From: Promethearchaeota archaeon
Lineage (GTDB): Archaea > Asgardarchaeota > Thorarchaeia > Thorarchaeales > Thorarchaeaceae
Reading direction: 5' to 3'
Length of the DNA: 64,000 bases
Assembly: GCA_048939765.1 (NCBI GenBank)
Contig: JBHLPF010000001.1
Span: 61,729 to 125,728, forward strand
In this document: one piece after another, positions 58,201 through 64,000 of the stretch
Position numbering within the stretch: the first letter of the stretch is position 1
How the letters are laid out: every line of letters starts with the position of its first letter
The notes under the pieces: model-generated
Database searches by the model: none
Seen by the model: only the letters and a program-made list of their open reading frames with translations
What the model was told of the DNA's origin: nothing
Program-made: the position numbers and the translations under genes

Positions 58201-59226
58201 TTGCAATTCGCACAACCAGAATATATGGATACATTTTTCCAGTACATTTTCGGCTTCTTTGATCGACTATTCTCAACGCCACTCCAACAATGGATACCAT
58301 GGGGTCCAGGAGACTGGTACTTTACAATAAGCACCACCTTCTTTGTCGTAGCGATATTGTTCCTGGTACGTCGTCTACGAAAGAGTGGAAGTGGTTCAAT
58401 AGCTGATGGTGTGCGAAAAATCATTGCATCAACCGGTGATGTATCGGCAGGTGTGTCAGGTGCCAAGAAGGTCGACTTCATTTCAAAGGATCCTTCTGAC
58501 GCTCTGGTATTCCTAAAGATTGAGGAGAATGCAATACAGCAAGCCCTCACAGCAGCTGATTACTTCGCAGAGAAGGGTGAGATAAGCGACTCCATTAAGC
58601 TCAAGCTTGCAGCACTATATCAGCACCGACTTGAAACGGTTCGTCAGGCAATCTCCTCAGATGAGCAACTCAAGTCAATCGTTGCAACCTCCGATGAGAT
58701 TGGCAAGGCACGATCGGACTACCTCCGCAAACTAGCAGCAATGTCTGGTACTGCCGTTGAAGCTGAAGATGATGGAGGTCCTCCAACTGTTGGAATGCCC
58801 ACCACAGCACCTTCTGCAGCACCTCCCGCTCAAGCCCCAAGCGTAGCGCCTCCAAGTGCTGGTCCCCCTTCAGGTCCCCCATCCGGACCCCCAAGTGGTG
58901 GTCCCCCTTCAGGCGGCCCTCCAAGTGGTGGTCCCCCTTCAGGCGCTCCCCCAGGTGGTGCAGCTCCCGCAGCTGGTCCTCCAGGTGGTGCAGCTCCTCC
59001 ATCTGGCCCTCCGGGTGGCGCGGCTCCGGCAGCAGCCCCTCCAGGTGGTGCAGCTCCCGCAGCTACTCCAGCAGGCGGTCCCCCGGGTGGTGCAGCTCCT
59101 GGCGGAGCTCCTCCAGGTGGAGCGGCTCCAGGCGGAGAAGCTCCAGCAGCAGGCGGCAAGAGCTCACTGCAGTCCGAGATGCTCCGGGAGATGGAACGCC
59201 TGAAGGCACTGATGGGTGGGGATTAG
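58201..59226 (+). CDS. Membrane-anchored protein with long Pro/Gly/Ala low-complexity tract and C-terminal amphipathic helix
   Basis: TM FTISTTFFVVAILFLV, helical domain, GGPPS/PPGGAAP repeats, SLQSEMLREMERLKALM. Confidence 0.8.
   Translation: MQFAQPEYMDTFFQYIFGFFDRLFSTPLQQWIPWGPGDWYFTISTTFFVVAILFLVRRLRKSGSGSIADGVRKIIASTGDVSAGVSGAKKVDFISKDPSDALVFLKIEENAIQQALTAADYFAEKGEISDSIKLKLAALYQHRLETVRQAISSDEQLKSIVATSDEIGKARSDYLRKLAAMSGTAVEAEDDGGPPTVGMPTTAPSAAPPAQAPSVAPPSAGPPSGPPSGPPSGGPPSGGPPSGGPPSGAPPGGAAPAAGPPGGAAPPSGPPGGAAPAAAPPGGAAPAATPAGGPPGGAAPGGAPPGGAAPGGEAPAAGGKSSLQSEMLREMERLKALMGGD
58850..59155 (+). repeat. Coding tandem repeats (GGPPS; PPGGAAP)
   Basis: CCAAGTGGTGGTCCCCCTTCAGG and CCAGGTGGTGCAGCTCC units. 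Confidence 0.85.
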
Positions 59227-59333
59227 TCCTCCCTTGTTGTATTTCTTTTCTACATAGTGGAAACTAGGTATCTCGGAAGCCTTTTTGGGGAGCCCGACTG
59301 GCTGTTGAAACACCCCTCTTTGGAGACTGTGAT

Positions 59334-60017
59334 ATGTCAAACGCCAAACTGAATGCAGCTAAGAGTGCGGCTAAACAAATACCAAAAAGTGGTGCAATAG
59401 GACTTGGGAGTGGCTCCACAGTTGCCATATTTGCGGAAGAGTTAGGAAAGAGGATAGCCGCAAAGAAGGTGAGTGTCAGAGTCGTTCCTAGTTCATACCA
59501 AGCATATCAGTTAGCAGTGGAGTTCAAGATACCACTCACGAATCTTGACTTGGACCCTGAACTCGAACTGACTGTGGATGGCGCCGATGAAGTTGATAGG
59601 AATCTCAATCTGACAAAGGGCGGAGGAGGAGCACTGTTTCAAGAGAAAGTAGTCGCTTCAGCTTCAAAGAAGCTCATCATCATTGTTGACGAATCCAAGA
59701 TTGTAGAGAGGCTGGCAAGTCGATTCGAGATTCCCATTGAAGTGTTACCATTCTCTCTAGGTGTTGTACTAAGAAAGATAGAGGCCATGGGCGTTGCACC
59801 AACTGTGAGACAGGCTCAAAAGAAGATGGGACCGGTCGTGACTGATAATGGCAACTTCATTATTGATCTCAAATTCCCGGAGCCAATCAATGATCCAGCT
59901 AGAGTAGCAACTGACCTGAAGATGATTCCGGGTGTGGTTGAAACCGGCTTGTTCATTGGTATGACGGATGAGGTACACGTAGGCAAAGAGGACGGAGTCT
60001 ATATTCTGAAGAAGTAG
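59334..60017 (+). CDS. rpiA: Ribose-5-phosphate isomerase A
   Basis: GLGSGST, DGADEVD, KGGGGAL..EK, TDNGN. Confidence 0.97.
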   Translation: MSNAKLNAAKSAAKQIPKSGAIGLGSGSTVAIFAEELGKRIAAKKVSVRVVPSSYQAYQLAVEFKIPLTNLDLDPELELTVDGADEVDRNLNLTKGGGGALFQEKVVASASKKLIIIVDESKIVERLASRFEIPIEVLPFSLGVVLRKIEAMGVAPTVRQAQKKMGPVVTDNGNFIIDLKFPEPINDPARVATDLKMIPGVVETGLFIGMTDEVHVGKEDGVYILKK

Positions 60018-60019
60018 AT

Positions 60020-61126
60020 CTACTGATACATCGACCAGAATCTACGAAACTTCTCCGTATACGACAGTACATCTGTCGAGTCAACATATTGATCAATACT
60101 GCCCAAATACTTCGGCAGCCCCTTTACCTCATCATTCTCAATCTTTGCATGTATGGCATCAGCAAAATCTTCTGCTTGAATTATCATGAATGGACGATTG
60201 TGGAACGGTGATACCTGAGTTTTCAGAGGCTCGGTGATGCCGAGTTCATTATGCATCCTGGCAATTTCCTCGTAGGCTTTTGTCAAATAGCCCTGTCGTT
60301 CTTGCCAGGTATTGGCATCCATGATTTGCATAAAGACCGGTGTGAGAGTTCGCGCGCTCTTTAACTTGGAAAAGGCTGTTCCAAACCACTTGATGTAAGG
60401 TGCGTACTTTCGTTCCATCAGGAAACAGAGTCTCATGATGTCACGGACTAGCCGTGTGGCAACAATCCGCGAGCCAAGCTCGTCTCCAACCTGACCACAT
60501 CGACCCATGAACGCCTCTTCTTGTGCTATTCTCTCCCACTGGTTTGACAACAGATACAGCCATAGGTCATAGGGGTAGTATTCCAGTTTAGCCACTATAG
60601 GCTCCAGTTTGCCTAAGCCATCATGGAAGACTCGCCCGCTCGCGATACTTAGGAGCATCTGTTGTGGAAGCACCAACCAGTCTATGACACGTAGGTCTTC
60701 GTTTGGGTTGAAGCCGATGTATTCGATGAAAAACGCACTGACAGTATTGATTTGAACTCCATGGTTGACCGGTCCATTGTCTATAGGAATCATATCAGTA
60801 CTACCATCATCATGATACCCAAAGTTAGTAGGAAATCCGCGTATCTCATATGGTAGATTATGACGCAGAATCTCATTGACATCGTCATTGAGAAAATCAT
60901 AGTCAGATTCCACCAAGAATAGCTGTAGTTTAGGTCCCCAGCCATGATCCATTGACTGCGGAGTATCAAATCCCAAAACGTCAGATCCAGAGCCTATTCT
61001 AGCAGCTGAATATACCAACTCGGGAAAATGCTCGTCCAAGACAGGCTTCACAGCCTCCTTGTAGAAGGCTTCACTCAGGTCTAGCCCGGGTAAGAAATCA
61101 TAGGGCGGGTGATCTTCATCACTCAT
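60020..61126 (-). CDS. DUF4037-domain nucleotidyltransferase-fold protein
   Basis: GSGSDVLGFDTPQSMDHGWGP, GRVFHDG, YAPYIKW; start taken at MSDEDHP, below tRNA-Arg. Confidence 0.85.
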   Translation of the reverse strand: MSDEDHPPYDFLPGLDLSEAFYKEAVKPVLDEHFPELVYSAARIGSGSDVLGFDTPQSMDHGWGPKLQLFLVESDYDFLNDDVNEILRHNLPYEIRGFPTNFGYHDDGSTDMIPIDNGPVNHGVQINTVSAFFIEYIGFNPNEDLRVIDWLVLPQQMLLSIASGRVFHDGLGKLEPIVAKLEYYPYDLWLYLLSNQWERIAQEEAFMGRCGQVGDELGSRIVATRLVRDIMRLCFLMERKYAPYIKWFGTAFSKLKSARTLTPVFMQIMDANTWQERQGYLTKAYEEIARMHNELGITEPLKTQVSPFHNRPFMIIQAEDFADAIHAKIENDEVKGLPKYLGSIDQYVDSTDVLSYTEKFRRFWSMYQ

Positions 61127-61185
61127 CCAATTATCTCCATATCTAGAAGTAACATTGCAGGATTTGGATATTTTGGAACAAGAAG

Positions 61186-61263
61186 TGGCGGGCCCGCCAG
61201 GATTTGAACCTGGGACGCCTTGCTTAGGAGGCAAGTGCCCTATCCATACTAGGCCACGGGCCC
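61186..61263 (-). tRNA. tRNA-Arg(CCT), encoded CCA
   Basis: GGGCCCG acceptor, CTTGC-CT-CCT-AA-GCAAG. Confidence 0.95.
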
Positions 61264-61313
61264 TTGAAAGGGTTCGAGTGCTAGGTTCGTTGTTAAAGCT
61301 TTTGCAGCAAGAA

Positions 61314-62591
61314 TCAATCTGCAACCTTTGCTGTTATCTTGGCACCCTCTTCGAGCGCGTCCACAATTGACTTGCCTTGGCGTGTCTTGATACGAATGGC
61401 ACTCTCTCCGTTGCGACCAATAACAGTTGTCAGGAGATAGATGTCGTCGGCAAAGACTTCTACTCTCTGTTTTGCATATTTCCGGCCTGCAACAAGTGTG
61501 ACCTTCTTCTTGCTATAGCTGACCGAAACAGGTACAGGCTCCCCGGGAGCTCCCCGGGCCACTCTCTCACCCCGACGCATGGGTGTAATGACTCCTCTGA
61601 CTGGTACTACTACTTTCTCGCCACCAAATGAGAACATCTCATATTCCAACACGCCCTGTTCGAAGTCTCGAACTTCCACAACAGGTCGTGCAAGGTCTCT
61701 CTGAGAACTACTCATTCCAGTTGGTAGTTTCACCTTTAGTGAGAGTGAGGAAACTTTCGCCACGCCCCCATCTTCGATATGGACCACCGTATCTACTGTG
61801 CTCGGAACCTGTCCCAACTCAACTCTCCCGCCAAGTATCAGCCTTTGAAGCGCATCTATTGCAGACCCGGCATGCACAACTCCCACCATCCCAACGCCTG
61901 CTGATCTGAGGTCTGAATAGGCTTGAAAATCACTGTTCTTTCGCAGCTCATCATAGACAACATAGTCGGGACGTACCAACAAGAGGACATCCGCGGCTTT
62001 CTCCATGCTGCCGTCCAGAGGAGAGTACTGTACTATCGCCTCCTCGACCTGTAGGTCTCTTGGCTGTTCAAGTGTCTTGACGACGTTCCCTTTGCTGCTA
62101 TAGAACTCAGCTAATGCAGCTGCAAAGGTACTCTTTCCAGACCCAGGTGAGCCTGAGATGAGAATACCCTCAGCCCTGGTTTCCAGCCTATTCATCAGTT
62201 TGGCATCGAGATTATAATCATCAAGGCTCAATTTCACAATTGGACGTATTGCAGAGATCTCCATCTTATCCGCAAAGGGCCGTCGAGCAATTGCTATCCT
62301 CAGGTTTCTGAGTTGTACTACCGCTGCGCCATGCTCTTCTATCTCAATAAATGATTTCCTATCATTCTGGGCTGTTTCAATGATAGCTTCTGCAAGCACA
62401 TCCAGTTCTTCATAGGTGAGTAACCTTTCTGAGAGTTCCACCAATTCCCAATTTCCCGGAGCCCCTCTTTTTGCTCTTGGTGGATTATTCTCAACCAAGT
62501 GAACACTCATTGTACGCTCATCAAAGAATGCCTCTAAGGTGATGATCTCCTGTGCAAGTTCTTCCTCATCATCGTACCATTCTTCACTCAA
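61314..62591 (-). CDS. PINA-family (PilT-type) ATPase lacking the N-terminal PIN domain
   Basis: FFDERTMSVHL, GSPGSGKSTFA, LEQPRDL, LLLVRPDY..YDE, GVGMVGVVH, DLARP. Confidence 0.88.
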   Translation of the reverse strand: MSEEWYDDEEELAQEIITLEAFFDERTMSVHLVENNPPRAKRGAPGNWELVELSERLLTYEELDVLAEAIIETAQNDRKSFIEIEEHGAAVVQLRNLRIAIARRPFADKMEISAIRPIVKLSLDDYNLDAKLMNRLETRAEGILISGSPGSGKSTFAAALAEFYSSKGNVVKTLEQPRDLQVEEAIVQYSPLDGSMEKAADVLLLVRPDYVVYDELRKNSDFQAYSDLRSAGVGMVGVVHAGSAIDALQRLILGGRVELGQVPSTVDTVVHIEDGGVAKVSSLSLKVKLPTGMSSSQRDLARPVVEVRDFEQGVLEYEMFSFGGEKVVVPVRGVITPMRRGERVARGAPGEPVPVSVSYSKKKVTLVAGRKYAKQRVEVFADDIYLLTTVIGRNGESAIRIKTRQGKSIVDALEEGAKITAKVAD

Positions 62592-63229
62592 TTAGCATCA
62601 CCACTTCGATCTTGGAGGGTGGTTTGAGCCACCCTATAGTAATTGACCTCGCCGTTTTGATCAACCAGTCCGAATACCAGCTTCTTCCTCGAGGCTGATG
62701 CAGTTTCGGTCACTTTGTCTAGGTCATGGAGAGAGATTGCTTCTCCTTCTCTCAAGACGTAAATCAACTGATTGGCTGTTGCATCCCCAGGTCTTTCACC
62801 TCTGGCATAAACTCGAAAACCAATACCACCACCAAATCCTTGGCGTACAGCGTAGCCTCTACTTCTCAGGTCTCTAAAGACCAAATACCTAATCCAGAGG
62901 TCTGGGTCTGTATCCCGGAGCCCGTTCACTATGTCCTTGGCACTAATAGAGTCGCCAGCAGATGTCTTGACAGTAATTCGCTTTCGCTCAAACAGATGTA
63001 GTATCTCTACAGGCTCAAGCTCCAACCTACCGTCATCGAGACGCGTGCCATAGAATCCCTGCTGGAATATTCTGTCTGCCTCTTCTTTTGCAACATACCC
63101 CTTTCCATTGGTGAAAATGGTGTCAGCTGGCTCTTCTTCCTCTGGCTCCTCTACAATATCCTCTTCTTCGAGGTCTTCTGGTTCTAGGAAATCCGGGGCT
63201 TCACCATTCTCTTCCGACAATTTGTTCAC
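62588..63229 (-). CDS. endA: tRNA splicing endonuclease subunit, probably the structural (beta) subunit
   Basis: YLVFRDLRSRGYAVRQGFG..FRVY, RKKLVFGLVD..GEVNYY; no His in the segment that carries the catalytic His (PGDATA). Confidence 0.8.
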   Translation of the reverse strand: MNKLSEENGEAPDFLEPEDLEEEDIVEEPEEEEPADTIFTNGKGYVAKEEADRIFQQGFYGTRLDDGRLELEPVEILHLFERKRITVKTSAGDSISAKDIVNGLRDTDPDLWIRYLVFRDLRSRGYAVRQGFGGGIGFRVYARGERPGDATANQLIYVLREGEAISLHDLDKVTETASASRKKLVFGLVDQNGEVNYYRVAQTTLQDRSGDAN

Positions 63230-63623
63230 GTCTAAGGACTCTTCCCGTTTTAGAAGAGAGAAAAGACTTTCGACAGGACATGGGGTTGGAAACAGCTACT
63301 TCAAACTTGGACAAAGGTGGATACTTCTTGGGAATATCTTTGAGTATAGCTCTAGGACTTTATATACAAAGAAGAGGACCATGGATTTAGAGGAGTCTAG
63401 GACGAGAGCCAAGTCTAAGGATTCTTCTGCTGTCACCGTCAGTTGGTCGGGGACGTGAACTGCCTGTGGAGAGGCCGTAAGACTTGATGTAAATTCCTAG
63501 AATATGCAAAAAGCAGCCTTAACGAAGCAGGAACCGAACATCGATCACGGAATGTAATGTCCATAATCGTCTAAGTTTCGGGCAACGGCAAGAACTATAG
63601 CATACTCGTCTGTGAGAACAGAT

Positions 63624-64000
63624 GTGACCTACCTACAAATTCAAGAAAGACTAGCTGACTTTATTACTGGCGCCAAGAAAATCGCAGTATTAGGGGTTGG
63701 AAATGACCTAAGGACTGACGATGGTCTAGGTCTGGTCATAGTAAATGGACTGAAGCACATACAGGGTCCCAATCTCTTAGTTGAGAACGTCGGTTCGGTA
63801 CCCGAAGCCTTTGCGAGTAATCTGGCGGAATTCGGTGCTGAGAGGGTCATTATGGTGGATGCGGCAGATATGCTCAAGCCACCAGGTCATATTGAACTTG
63901 TGACAAAGGAACGAATCGGGAGTGTTACAATCAGCACTCATAGAATGCCCCCATCCCTGCTGATGCAATATCTAGAAGACCGCACAGGAGCACACACTAT
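63624..64000 (+). CDS. hycI: Hydrogenase maturation protease (HycI-like), truncated by the window end
   Basis: Manual translation: KIAVLGVGNDLRTDDGLG...GSVPE...IMVDAA...STHRMP. Confidence 0.88.
   Translation, partial: MTYLQIQERLADFITGAKKIAVLGVGNDLRTDDGLGLVIVNGLKHIQGPNLLVENVGSVPEAFASNLAEFGAERVIMVDAADMLKPPGHIELVTKERIGSVTISTHRMPPSLLMQYLEDRTGAHT

Noticed and set aside
58670-59203. Alternative-frame ORFs over the Pro/Gly repeat
   Set aside because: Stop-free shadows of the GC-rich coding repeat in 58201-59226
61127-61324. N-terminal extension of the DUF4037 ORF
   Set aside because: Runs through tRNA-Arg; the real start is taken at 61126

Overview
Archaeal chromosomal window, most likely an Asgard archaeon such as Thorarchaeia. 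The taxon is inferred from gene content (Rpo8, GINS23-MCM, TFE-DUF2110, split LKR/SDH, Pro/Gly-rich membrane proteins) and was not verified by search. The window appears to span the replication-origin region. A replication gene cluster (MCM, GINS23, RFC-S/L, Cdc6) lies at the left end, an inverted pair of ORB elements flanks an AT-rich spacer at ~28.84-29.10 kb, and a third ORB lies at 24.8 kb among GTGAAT repeats next to a winged-helix gene. Best candidate for an undescribed system: a two-gene operon encoding an AAA+ (non-ParA) ATPase and a C-terminal ribbon-helix-helix protein (38500-39764). It sits within a dispersed array of the palindrome TGTAWTACA that recurs every ~1.0-1.5 kb from 32.5 to 42.3 kb, which is the NTPase + adaptor + centromere layout of a partition system. 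Other highlights: seven tRNAs, four with introns at non-canonical positions (10/11, 44/45, 45/46, T-loop); a candidate box C/D guide RNA behind tRNA-Gly whose two guides match C34 and the intron of the pre-tRNA-Met 46 kb away; a TFB-paralogue/pilus-ATPase/pilin/Ig-like/VirB4-HerA locus; a ~320-nt antisense gene overlap; and several degenerate enzymes. All calls were made by eye from the sequence and the ORF track; motif counts are manual and no database searches were run.
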